Both the position numbers and the translations under genes were made by a program. A stretch of DNA of 64,000 nt from the sequence record OZ195934.1; one strand, written 5' to 3'. A model generated the notes under the pieces. The model was given only the letters and a program-made list of their open reading frames with translations, was not told where the DNA came from and ran no database searches. How positions within the stretch are numbered: the stretch's first letter is position 1; every line of letters starts with the position of its first letter. Shown in pieces: positions 8,119-17,997 of this stretch.

Positions 8119-9699
8119 TTATTTGAAAAGTCGTTTCCACCAAGGCTTCTTCAACTCATCAATTTGTTGTTGCTGTTCTTTGATCGCTTCGATTAGCAAG
8201 CCAACCATGTTCCCGTACGCGACGCTTAAGTGCTCTTTCCCTTCGACTACAGCCTCAGGAAGAACCGCTTGTACCTCTTGAGCAATTACACCCGTCTGTC
8301 TGCTATACTCGTTGTTATCATCATTCGTACGGTTGTACGTGATACCACGAATCTGTTTCACTTTCTCAAGTGGATTTTCGATAACTTCAATATCAGTCTT
8401 CAGTGCAATATCTGAATAAGCAGTGATGTTACCATAACAGTAGAAATCAGCAGCATTTGTAGATGAAGTCCCTGACAATATCAAGCCATTGCTTTCGTGT
8501 CGCAATTGGCATGCAGTATGCCCAGCTCTATGGAAGCCCATCGACGCGTCGCCCGCATCGCTATTCTGAATTTCAAACTGACCAGTCGTATAATTTGGAG
8601 TCGAGCCGACGTTATTCACGATCGACAGCTTGCCAGTCATCGTGTCGCCCGCTTTGTACGTATAGCGTGCATTCGATTCTGTCTCAGTATAATAGCGACC
8701 ATCATGCGTGTGACTATCGTTCGCAACAGTAACTGTTAGTGTTTGATTAGCCGAACCATCGATTGAAACACTACCACTTGCATCACCGCCTAATGTGATT
8801 GTACGAGCAGTCGCCCATTTCGTTGCAGACGATGCATTACCCGATAACGCTCCACTAAACGTTCCGGCAGTCACTGTACCCGTAACAGTGACACCACTTG
8901 TTGTAGTTTCAAGTTTCGTGCTGCTATTGTAATAAAGACGAATGCCTGCACTGTCAGTTGCTTGCCACAACCATACATTACTAGTGTCATCATACAGACC
9001 ACACGTAGTACCATCAGCCATCAACGACCAAACTGTCTCACTTGCGGTATTGTCAATGCATATACCAGCCCACCCCGACGTTTGCGACTCAACCACTAGC
9101 AGGTCTGGTCGATGAGAAGCTTCACCGAGTTTAACACCAGACCCCAATGTGATTGACGTACCACTCAGATTCGTAAATGTATCAGTTGCATCAGAACGCA
9201 AAAACGATGTTGAATTGATGCCATCCAGCAACTGAGCATCGGCTGCTTTTGCAACAGTCACAGACAATGAAGCATTTGCAGAGCCGTCCCAAGACACAGA
9301 ACCGCTCACATCGCCCGTCAGCGTCAACGTACGAGCCGTTGTCCACTTATCTGCGTTAGGGTGGTACGTATCATGAAACACGCGCTGACCCGTTGCATAG
9401 ATTTCCCCCTCGACTTGCAAGTTAACCGTCGCAGCAGTCGAGCCACTTGAACGCAAGATTAGCGCCTGACCAGACCCGTATATATCACCGTCAGTGATTT
9501 CGTGAATCAACTCAGCATTTTGAGCTGCGCTAGTTGTCCACTCGATGCCGGAATTTCCTGTAGCGTAGTTAGTTTCTTCTATAACGAGGCGAGTGCTCAC
9601 ACCGCTAACAACTAAACTTTCGACACTTACATCTTTCAAAGACGCGATTCCGGTCACGTCGATGCTACCATATACTTTAGTAGGGCCTAACTTAGCCAT
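8119..9699 (-). CDS. Second tail fibre protein with S74 chaperone domain
   Basis: Same repeat family; C-terminal AYSDIALKTDI...GVIAQEVQAVLPEAV. Confidence 0.85.
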   Translation of the reverse strand: MAKLGPTKVYGSIDVTGIASLKDVSVESLVVSGVSTRLVIEETNYATGNSGIEWTTSAAQNAELIHEITDGDIYGSGQALILRSSGSTAATVNLQVEGEIYATGQRVFHDTYHPNADKWTTARTLTLTGDVSGSVSWDGSANASLSVTVAKAADAQLLDGINSTSFLRSDATDTFTNLSGTSITLGSGVKLGEASHRPDLLVVESQTSGWAGICIDNTASETVWSLMADGTTCGLYDDTSNVWLWQATDSAGIRLYYNSSTKLETTTSGVTVTGTVTAGTFSGALSGNASSATKWATARTITLGGDASGSVSIDGSANQTLTVTVANDSHTHDGRYYTETESNARYTYKAGDTMTGKLSIVNNVGSTPNYTTGQFEIQNSDAGDASMGFHRAGHTACQLRHESNGLILSGTSSTNAADFYCYGNITAYSDIALKTDIEVIENPLEKVKQIRGITYNRTNDDNNEYSRQTGVIAQEVQAVLPEAVVEGKEHLSVAYGNMVGLLIEAIKEQQQQIDELKKPWWKRLFK

Positions 9700-9732
9700 A
9701 AGATTCCTCGTAAAAAAATTAATTCAATGAGA

Positions 9733-9740
9733 TATTTATA
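9733..9740 (-). promoter_or_regulatory. T4 late promoter TATAAATA
   Basis: Exact consensus upstream of ATG 9699. Confidence 0.7.
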
Positions 9741-12700
9741 CCTCATTGAACTCATTGAACATAGCGTCACCATTTGCACCGAAGCTCACATTCCCATTAT
9801 AGTCAACATCTTCACCGTAACTCGGAAGCAGGGGCATTGACTCAGAGCCAGAAAGCAACTCTTCTAGTGTCGGTTGACTGCCGTCCATTACGTCGATTCG
9901 GGGTCTATAAAAGAACTGTTCAGTGTCAGTAGCAGAGCTTTGATACATAAACGCACGCATGTAGTTTTCAGTTGCACCGTCACCCATTGCGTAGTTCGTA
10001 TTAATGCTACTCAAACGATTCCCGTCAACATCGTATATGCCATGATCAATATACGTGTCGTTGTCAGTCGTTCCGTTTGCATATACGTAAGCAACAAGAA
10101 GCACCCATTCATTGTCAAAGTAATTTGTACCGTAATCAAAGTATGGATTCGTGTTTGCAGATCCACTCAAGTTATTTGTCCTTGACCCATTACACCCAAC
10201 ATACCAGTTGCCGTTACCACTCACGCTACGTCGCATCCACAGAGTAAATCTATGATGCTTCGCAGGGTTCATATTAACGTCATGTGCATAAAATCCACCT
10301 GATTGAGTCGTCGAATCTTCTTTATAACCGCGCCACATCACGTCGTCTTCACCCCATGGGTTTTTCGCAACTGCAATGATCGCATTAGAGCCATACACAT
10401 CAAATCCCGGCTGACTTCCTGTGGTTTCTAATGTCCATGTTGAATAGTCAAGCAATCCCGGACGATAATAGCTCTCGACTATCTCACCTGCGTGCATAAC
10501 ACCATCTTTAGTAACTTGCGGCTTATGAAATCCACCAGTCGCAGCGTATTCTTTCGTGTAGTACGAAATTGAACCACTTGAAGCATCATAACGACGTCCA
10601 TCAGAGAACTGAGTCAACAACTCGCCATTCTTGATGCCGATGAAACCCCATGTACCGCGAGACGCAATCGCATGATTCTCAGTGACCCCGAAGTATCGTT
10701 CGAAATATTCACGCAGTGTACCATCTTGCGTCGTACTTGCATCACATCGAGCAGCAGTCATCAGCCAACCATCTTCCATTCGATCAATCGCGTCTTTTAG
10801 ATGATTCGCAGCGGCTTGTGCTGAATCAGGAACATCGTTTGCCGAAGCGACAATCACTTCACCGTCGAACTCGTAATATTGAGCCGTTGTTCCAGAATAC
10901 GTATCAAGACCACCGAACGCACGAAGCGTCATTGTTTGATCGAATATACAGAAGTTAATACCGCGCCAAGAGTCAATATTACCCACCTTAACACCATTCA
11001 AATACGTGCCAGTATTGCCGCTTGAGCTGCTTCGAATCATCAGCGTATTTTCACCGTCATGGTCCCAACCCTCTTGAAACTCTACTGCATGTGCATTGCC
11101 TAGATTATCAACAGACGCCTTCACGTTGTACAAACGAGAAACTTCATCGACTGACAGTGCTTTACCATGAATCGAAACTTCAGTAATATCGCCATTGAAC
11201 GTAGCACCAGTCGTACTAGAATAAGGGTGCATATTCGCGCCAATAGTCCATACGTAGTTTTCTAGCGGCTGAATCACGCCTTCGCTATCAAGCGAGTTTG
11301 CAACTTCACGCACACCATCGACAAACATGTTAGCTAATCGCGTATCGTAATCAAACGTCCATACATAGTGATGCCATTCGCCATCATTAGTATGCGTCGA
11401 ACAAATCGGGTCACTTGAACCCCAACCGTGCATTCTAAATCGATTGCCTTCAAGACACAGCAAAATAGCACCACCAGAGACTTGACTTCCCTCAGTATAA
11501 ATGCCATCATCGTATTTCATGAATGGGTTACGATTATCACCTTGTGTTGTTCTAGCCCAGAATGCAACTGATACTTGACGCGACATGTGATTCGCAGTTG
11601 TTCGAATATGTCTTCGAATATCATTCCAACCAGTACGTCCCGAAGACGGGAAGTGAAAATGACCAGAACCGCGTTCAGTGTCGTTCTCAACATAAGATGG
11701 CGCATAGTCGTATTCAAGAAGAGCATTGTTCTCTAGACCAGTCATATCAGAGACGATAACATCGTCAGCACTGAATTTGCGATATGGGTTTGCCACGTCA
11801 CGATGGCATTCAAATTGAATGTCTTTCGCTTCCATCGTCGCGCCCTCGACTGAGTAATGACCATAGAAGTAAATCGTAATAGAACGATTCACATCAGTGT
11901 CAGAGCCAACAGTCGTCGTATACGATTTGCGTTCCCATTCACCTGCAACGTTTTGCGTGTGTGTTATCTTACCAGATTCCCACTTTGTAGAGTTATCAGC
12001 TCGACGCGTGTAAAATCCAACGTTGAACGTCGCGCCAGTGTGAGTTGAACGCTGCGTCCATGAGACTGTGATTCGGTCGCCAACTTCAAGACCATAATCA
12101 ACTAAATTCCCATGACCGCATGAGATACCCATCCAACGATCCCCGTAACCAAAACGCTGATTATCATTGATATGGCGCATTACAGCTTTACCGTCAATAT
12201 TCACCCATTTCGCGTGATAGCCAATTTCCGGATCAGGGACGCCGCCATTGTAGCCACTTGACCAACTTTCACACAAGATCGCGTCTTTGTTCAGTTCAGT
12301 GTCCCATGTTCCGTTGACGTACGCAGCACCCGGTAGAAAATCAGGGTTACGCGTGCTGTTACGCGGTAGAAACTCGTTCGCCCCGTTCATGTTCCACTTT
12401 GCAACTGTCCCAAGTGCGATGTCTTTCATTTCACGATCTGAAATCGCGTTGTCGTAAAAGCGAACATCTTGCAATCGCACACGAGCACTCGTGTGAGCAA
12501 TCAATGTCACTGCCCCAGTAGGTGGTGATATATCATTCGATACGTTAAACATACGATCAAACTCTGCGTTGATGTATATGCTAACTCTCGTCGGAGTTCT
12601 GCGTATTGTTACGTGATGCCAATCAGCAATAGGCCCGACCCGATAATTGGTTGTAACAACCCCATTACCACTAGTTGCGCCATTGAACCAGTTACACCAG

Positions 12701-13020
12701 TAATCATATTGATTGACATCATCATCAATATTACCACGCTCAAAACGCACCGTTGCTGCGCCAGTCGATGGTTGATAGCTAACAATGTCAGCCCAATCAG
12801 ACCCATCAGAATCACCTTGCACCCAGAAACACAATGTAGCCTCGTCGCCTGAGAGAACTTGATCAAGTTGTTCATTTTTATCGATGTGCAATGTACTCTC
12901 AAGTACATTGCCCCCAATCACACCATTTCCGCTTGTCGAATTTGCACCATGTGCGTGATTCTCAAACCCACTCCAGTCATTGGTGTCTTTGTGGAGCGGG
13001 TACCATGCTAATAATGCCAT
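9736..13020 (-). CDS. Multi-domain tail/receptor-binding protein (two LamG/ConA-like domains, ILEI/PANDER-like domain)
   Basis: WHHVTIRR and WHHYVWTF LamG motifs, F.G.I.EV.I...AL, RGINFCIFD...RGTWGFIGIKNG. Confidence 0.7.
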   Translation of the reverse strand: MALLAWYPLHKDTNDWSGFENHAHGANSTSGNGVIGGNVLESTLHIDKNEQLDQVLSGDEATLCFWVQGDSDGSDWADIVSYQPSTGAATVRFERGNIDDDVNQYDYWCNWFNGATSGNGVVTTNYRVGPIADWHHVTIRRTPTRVSIYINAEFDRMFNVSNDISPPTGAVTLIAHTSARVRLQDVRFYDNAISDREMKDIALGTVAKWNMNGANEFLPRNSTRNPDFLPGAAYVNGTWDTELNKDAILCESWSSGYNGGVPDPEIGYHAKWVNIDGKAVMRHINDNQRFGYGDRWMGISCGHGNLVDYGLEVGDRITVSWTQRSTHTGATFNVGFYTRRADNSTKWESGKITHTQNVAGEWERKSYTTTVGSDTDVNRSITIYFYGHYSVEGATMEAKDIQFECHRDVANPYRKFSADDVIVSDMTGLENNALLEYDYAPSYVENDTERGSGHFHFPSSGRTGWNDIRRHIRTTANHMSRQVSVAFWARTTQGDNRNPFMKYDDGIYTEGSQVSGGAILLCLEGNRFRMHGWGSSDPICSTHTNDGEWHHYVWTFDYDTRLANMFVDGVREVANSLDSEGVIQPLENYVWTIGANMHPYSSTTGATFNGDITEVSIHGKALSVDEVSRLYNVKASVDNLGNAHAVEFQEGWDHDGENTLMIRSSSSGNTGTYLNGVKVGNIDSWRGINFCIFDQTMTLRAFGGLDTYSGTTAQYYEFDGEVIVASANDVPDSAQAAANHLKDAIDRMEDGWLMTAARCDASTTQDGTLREYFERYFGVTENHAIASRGTWGFIGIKNGELLTQFSDGRRYDASSGSISYYTKEYAATGGFHKPQVTKDGVMHAGEIVESYYRPGLLDYSTWTLETTGSQPGFDVYGSNAIIAVAKNPWGEDDVMWRGYKEDSTTQSGGFYAHDVNMNPAKHHRFTLWMRRSVSGNGNWYVGCNGSRTNNLSGSANTNPYFDYGTNYFDNEWVLLVAYVYANGTTDNDTYIDHGIYDVDGNRLSSINTNYAMGDGATENYMRAFMYQSSATDTEQFFYRPRIDVMDGSQPTLEELLSGSESMPLLPSYGEDVDYNGNVSFGANGDAMFNEFNEV

Positions 13021-13029
13021 TGTATTACC

Positions 13030-14664
13030 TTATGCAAAAATAAAGTCAATTGAGTTCGTTGAAGAATTGTACTCAATCGACGCTGTTCCATCGTCAAATT
13101 TCATTTCAGAACGACCATCGTGTTGCACGATACTATCGTTGTACGTCATTGCGTCTGTATTACTCGCACTTGATGTTGAATCAATTCGAAGCGTATTCCT
13201 ACTACCTGCACCTGCACGCAATTCGATACCCTCAGTCGGACCCGTGCCGTCACCATCAGCTTGTATGATTACACTCGCATTACTTTGCAATGTCGGACCC
13301 GCATTACCGCCCATCAAATCTAAGAAGTAACCAGTTGATGTACCGACAACCCACGCACTACCCATCGTCAAGTTACCAGTCATTGTGTCGCCCGATGCGT
13401 TTACATAACGACCATCAAGTTTTGACGTGTAGTTGCCCATGTGAACAACATCATGTCCGTTAAACTCAAGCGAATTCACATTAGCTGCGCCACCTGCTAC
13501 GCGTAGCGTATTCAAACCAGCTTTCAAGTTCAAGTATCGAGTAGTTTCATTATCGTTCGAGTCTGCTTCGATTGTGATGTCACCAACCGACTCCATCCAA
13601 ATATTCGTCGAATTGAATTTCAATGCGTAGCTCGAAGACTCACCCTCGAATCCGTAACCCGAATCAAATGTGATATTCGACCCCTTCATGTCCAAGCCAC
13701 CGTTGGCAAGAAATTCCCACTTGTTACCAGTCATTCGGTTACCACGAACGCTAATCAACGAGCCGCTTGCCTCACCTAGATACGTCGTGTCTGAATAAAG
13801 ATACGTCGTACCAACACTTGATTGAATGTAGAAATCACCATCTTTGAACGCTGTACGACCCGCAAGATCGCTGAAGAAATAGCCATTGCCTTTAGTATCA
13901 CCGATATACAAACGTTCGTCGGCAATCAAATGATTTGATGCACGAATGTTACCGATACCCTTCCATTCATATGAGTTCATACCCAAACGCGTGAACTGAA
14001 CGATATCATCACCATTATCGTTATTGATGTATCGGACGTTACCGTCTGCAATAGTCCCACCGAAAGTCATCCACGTGCCACCAGTACCGCTGTACTCAAT
14101 AGAACTCTTGGCGTCAATCCCCGCGTTGAATATCACAGCACCGGTAAACGTATCGCCTGCAACGTTAGCATAACGACCGTCTAGTGTTGAGTTAATGTTG
14201 TCAGTGTGCAGCATCATTCGATGAGCTGAACCGTCATAATACTGAAATTCACCGTCATGACCGAACTGCCAGTATTTCGGGTTCGAACCGTACGTACTTG
14301 CAATTCTCAACTCATTGCCCGTTAGCCCCGACGTGGTCCCGACGTAACGAATTTCCCACGAATATGATGTACTAGCCGTACCATTACCCATCGCAATCCA
14401 GTTGTCATAACCGCCAAGGTCGGGGTGTGTTAAGTCTAGAGCACATCCATTAATGACAGGGATGTTTAACGTACCAGACATCGTATCACCGCTACGCTTA
14501 ACAACAGATTCGGTCAAATCAGTATGCGGGTCTGGCTTATCGTTTTCGGTGAATACTTTATAGCCGTCGTAAAGTACAGTCTCGCCCTGTGGGTCAAAAC
14601 GTAAATTACCTCCATGCCATACTATGTTACCGCCAATTGCGGTAGTTGATCTTAATTCTGCCAT
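13030..14664 (-). CDS. Tail fibre subunit (gp36/gp37-like)
   Basis: N-terminus MAELRSTTAIGGNIVWHGGNLRFDPQG shared with 5270..8047; GDTM(S/T)G fibre motifs. Confidence 0.75.
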   Translation of the reverse strand: MAELRSTTAIGGNIVWHGGNLRFDPQGETVLYDGYKVFTENDKPDPHTDLTESVVKRSGDTMSGTLNIPVINGCALDLTHPDLGGYDNWIAMGNGTASTSYSWEIRYVGTTSGLTGNELRIASTYGSNPKYWQFGHDGEFQYYDGSAHRMMLHTDNINSTLDGRYANVAGDTFTGAVIFNAGIDAKSSIEYSGTGGTWMTFGGTIADGNVRYINNDNGDDIVQFTRLGMNSYEWKGIGNIRASNHLIADERLYIGDTKGNGYFFSDLAGRTAFKDGDFYIQSSVGTTYLYSDTTYLGEASGSLISVRGNRMTGNKWEFLANGGLDMKGSNITFDSGYGFEGESSSYALKFNSTNIWMESVGDITIEADSNDNETTRYLNLKAGLNTLRVAGGAANVNSLEFNGHDVVHMGNYTSKLDGRYVNASGDTMTGNLTMGSAWVVGTSTGYFLDLMGGNAGPTLQSNASVIIQADGDGTGPTEGIELRAGAGSRNTLRIDSTSSASNTDAMTYNDSIVQHDGRSEMKFDDGTASIEYNSSTNSIDFIFA

Positions 14665-14711
14665 TAGCATAATCCCATTTATTAGATATATGCTTGTATT
14701 TAGTATAGCCG

Positions 14712-14737
14712 AAAAAAAGGACGCTATCTGCGTCCTT
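14712..14737 (-). terminator. Intrinsic terminator
   Basis: Minus strand AAAGGACGC-AGATA-GCGTCCTTTTTTT. Confidence 0.8.
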
Positions 14738-15248
14738 TAGTTTTGTTTCTTTTTAGTTTTCGTTTGAGCTTGCGAACTTCTTTACGCTTCGCGATTTTAT
14801 CAGCTCGTCGAACCGCGTCATAATCCGCAGCACAAGACGCTGCAAACGCATCGGGCTTGAATACTGGCTCTTGACCCACATATCCGAAGATCGTGCCCTT
14901 AGCTTCGTTATACGCGACGCTAGACTTGTGTTTAGGGTCTGGGTTAATGTCAACGTGTACTTCAAAGCCGCGAGGGCCGCACATTGGCTTAACTTTCAAC
15001 GCACATTCACCTGCTTTGTATACTTCGTTCATCAAGCGGCTACGAATACCATCAGTAGATGACATATAGGCTTTCTCAGTTTCGATTGTTTTGAATACTT
15101 GAGCGCCTTTACTGCCTTCCAAGTGAATTATGATTACAGTCGCGTAACTGATCATATCACTTTTTCGTTTACTGTCACACCCAACATAGATCGTGCTACT
15201 CGGGTGACTATTTTGAATCGCTGTTTCTACAGCTTCCCAATCGAACAT
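14724..15248 (-). CDS. RNase H-like YkuK/DUF458 family protein
   Basis: IYVGCDS, RLMNEV, EVHVDIN, KPDAFAASCAAD motifs. Confidence 0.8.
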   Translation of the reverse strand: MFDWEAVETAIQNSHPSSTIYVGCDSKRKSDMISYATVIIIHLEGSKGAQVFKTIETEKAYMSSTDGIRSRLMNEVYKAGECALKVKPMCGPRGFEVHVDINPDPKHKSSVAYNEAKGTIFGYVGQEPVFKPDAFAASCAADYDAVRRADKIAKRKEVRKLKRKLKRNKTKGRR

Positions 15249-15297
15249 GTTTCACCTCGTTACAAAAAAGGGTAGCGACGTGCTACCCTCTGTGTAC

Positions 15298-16731
15298 TTA
15301 TAAAGCGTATCGGTCGACACCGACAGTCTTCAGCATGATTTTCACTGGCTCAAGCTCACCACCCAACAGCGACGTTAGAATTGAAGGGCTGCAACCCGAC
15401 ACTAACGCTGTGTTCGCTTCACCTGATTTAACAGGCACGTTGTCTAGACGACCACGCAAGTTCCAGAACACTAGTTGCGGCATTTCGTAGCCCGCGTTCG
15501 CATACATGACTTTGATTGCATCGAAGTTCGTAGTGTTACGAGTATGCCAGCCACCGCCAGTACGAGCTTGATCGAATTCCATATCGCTCATGATAAGCAA
15601 TTTGGTTGGCATTTCGTCTTGCGACAAGTTTGCCGTACGAGCGCGTTCAAGAAGAACTTCGAAGCATCGTGTGATGTTCGTGCTCATATCTTCGCCAGAT
15701 CGTTGCATGTTGTCAAGACGCGACTTCAAGCTATCACCCGTCAACTTGTGAAAGTGCGGATCACTTGAGAACGAAATGAATTGATCTTTGAAGATACCCT
15801 CATTACGTTCAGCGACGTAGATGCCAAGAGACATCGCAACTTCTTTACAAGTCACACTACCACCGTGTTCACCGTTGATACCACAGCCCATAGAGCCAGA
15901 AACATCAACAACTGGAATCACGCGCTCGTCAGAGCCTTCCATGTAGTTCGGTAGAGCTTTCCATTGCTCATTTGCAACACGATGGTCACCCATTTTAACG
16001 CTGCGAACAACATCGTACGGGTAAACAGCACCTGCATTGATCTTCGCTTCACCTTTCACAAGCGATGTGATGTACTCACCGTATGCAGATTCAGCGTTAC
16101 GACCGAATGCTTTCTGATAGCGTGCAGACGCTACAGATGGCAGTTTGCCGAACTCGATCTCGTCCCAATTACGAGCACACATCTTCTGTTCAACAGTGTC
16201 AGACAAAAGAGAGATCACTTTACGCCACTGCTTCGCGTTTACACCAACCGACTTGATTGTGCGCTTGAACACGATAGCGTTTTTGCTGCGCTCACGAGGA
16301 AACCACTTAGCAGCAAGCGCGTTTTTGTCATTGACAATCGCGTGTGTCCACAGAGTGATAGCATCAGCTTCAAGAGAAGTACCGAACGCAGATACTAAGT
16401 CATCGAAACGACCAAGTTCTGGGATCTTGCGCATAACTAGACGCGCCACTTCTGGTTGTTCTTTACACAGACGTGCAAAGATTTTGCGGAAAGTACCGCG
16501 CTCACCTGCACCGCCACGCACGTCGCGAGACCATAGCAAGATGCGAGTTGCAAGCTCAGGGTTTTCACCGAATGCGCGATTAAACGCAGTTAGTGACTGA
16601 TCATTACCGCGCATAGCGCCGATAGTGAAGAACAAGTTTAGACACTCGTTACCCGAAGTGCTGTGTGTTACTGCACCGTTTGCTGTACGTGAATCGTTAG
16701 ATTGCATAGCGTTCATAAATAAACTAGTCAT
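15298..16731 (-). CDS. DUF2828-family TROVE/Ro60-like helical protein with C-terminal vWA domain
   Basis: RDVRGGAGER, GRFDDL, LAAKWFPRE, VVDVSGSM (MIDAS), SDMEFD, FWNLR; start re-assigned to ATG 16731 after SD GGAG. Confidence 0.85.
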   Translation of the reverse strand: MTSLFMNAMQSNDSRTANGAVTHSTSGNECLNLFFTIGAMRGNDQSLTAFNRAFGENPELATRILLWSRDVRGGAGERGTFRKIFARLCKEQPEVARLVMRKIPELGRFDDLVSAFGTSLEADAITLWTHAIVNDKNALAAKWFPRERSKNAIVFKRTIKSVGVNAKQWRKVISLLSDTVEQKMCARNWDEIEFGKLPSVASARYQKAFGRNAESAYGEYITSLVKGEAKINAGAVYPYDVVRSVKMGDHRVANEQWKALPNYMEGSDERVIPVVDVSGSMGCGINGEHGGSVTCKEVAMSLGIYVAERNEGIFKDQFISFSSDPHFHKLTGDSLKSRLDNMQRSGEDMSTNITRCFEVLLERARTANLSQDEMPTKLLIMSDMEFDQARTGGGWHTRNTTNFDAIKVMYANAGYEMPQLVFWNLRGRLDNVPVKSGEANTALVSGCSPSILTSLLGGELEPVKIMLKTVGVDRYAL

Positions 16732-16767
16732 TGCTGTAAGCTCCAAATATCAAGGATCAGAAAAATA

Positions 16768-17358
16768 ATGTTTCATATTGTATATCAAATAACAAATTTA
16801 ATAAACAACAAAATTTACGTCGGTAAGCATTCAACCGAAAACATTCATGACGAATACATGGGTTCGGGAAAGCTTTTGCTCAGAGCCATTAAAAAGTATG
16901 GCAAGGAGAATTTCACAAAAGACATACTGTTCGTATCATTAGACGAAAAGGATGCATATAAAGCAGAACATGAGATCGTGAATGAAGATTTTGTTCTCCG
17001 TGAAGACACATATAATCTCAAAGTTGGCGGTCTTGGTGGATCATCAGGAATAGAATCTCCATGCAAAGGTCGTCAACTGAGTGAAGATACTAAACTAAAA
17101 ATGAGAAAAAGTAAACAATTTTCTCAAAAACATTTAGATTATCTCTCAACTAAATTATCTGAGTACAACAAATCTAGACAAGGTGTTCAAAGAGACGATC
17201 TAAAGGGTAACTCAAACCCAATGCATCGAGGTAATTGGCATACACCCCACGGAATATTTGAAACATCAAGCGAAGCAGCGTGTGCCATAAAATGTAGTCA
17301 ATCAACAATTGTTAGACGTTGCAAAAATCCAAATTTTGAGGATTGGTACATCAAATAA
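16768..17358 (+). mobile_element. Free-standing GIY-YIG homing endonuclease (Seg-like), antisense insertion
   Basis: IVYQITNLINNKIYVGKH, YMGSG, F.K.IL...E, YNLKVGG, C-terminal HTH; AT-rich. Confidence 0.85.
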
Positions 17359-17667
17359 CTATCGTTGTCTGTGCAACGATGTGCCATTCTTATGAATTTC
17401 GATCAGAATCGTGCCGCCAGTTTCGTAGTTCGTACGAACAGAACGATAGTCGTATTTCTCAAAGAAGTTGCGAATAATAGTCGCACCTTTCTTATCAGTA
17501 TCGGTAAGATGCACATCAACTTTGATGCGAATCGGGAAATCTGCGTTATTCTTGACAGCCGCCATGAATTCGCGTTCGCACTGCTTAGTGTAGTGCTCAG
17601 AAAGAACGCGACGTTCTTCTAGCACTCGCTCTTCGATGTTTTTACGTAGCTCGTCATGTTTAATCAT
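17359..17667 (-). CDS. Hypothetical protein
   Basis: ORF in early operon, start at MIKHDEL. Confidence 0.7.
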   Translation of the reverse strand: MIKHDELRKNIEERVLEERRVLSEHYTKQCEREFMAAVKNNADFPIRIKVDVHLTDTDKKGATIIRNFFEKYDYRSVRTNYETGGTILIEIHKNGTSLHRQR

Positions 17668-17669
17668 AA

Positions 17670-17996
17670 TTAAGAACCGTGATTTTTGTTGATAGTTAGT
17701 GTAACGTATGAATACGAACAAGAATTGTATTCACGCGGGTCAGAATCAGTGCGACCGAACTCGGCAGTGAAGTTATTAAACCCCTCTTTGCGCATAAGCT
17801 CTTTGATGATCGTCATGAACTGCGAGTTTGCTTCTGTTTGACTCTTCAATGTCACTTGAACAGTCACAGGAAACGCATAGCCATTCACTGAGTTGATTCG
17901 TTTCTCGAACGATTTGCGCATATCGCGACCAAACTCTTCCATGCGAGTCGTCTTGTTGTTCTCAACGCGTTCGACTAGTTGTTCGTATAAACTCAT
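17670..17996 (-). CDS. Hypothetical protein, possible paralogue of 17359..17667
   Basis: ORF, start at MSLYEQL. Confidence 0.7.
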   Translation of the reverse strand: MSLYEQLVERVENNKTTRMEEFGRDMRKSFEKRINSVNGYAFPVTVQVTLKSQTEANSQFMTIIKELMRKEGFNNFTAEFGRTDSDPREYNSCSYSYVTLTINKNHGS

Positions 17997-17997
17997 A

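Noticed and set aside
5270-9699. Fibre repeats as a diversity-generating retroelement (TR/VR)
   Set aside because: Differences between copies are mostly synonymous third-position changes, not adenine-specific, and no reverse transcriptase is in the window.
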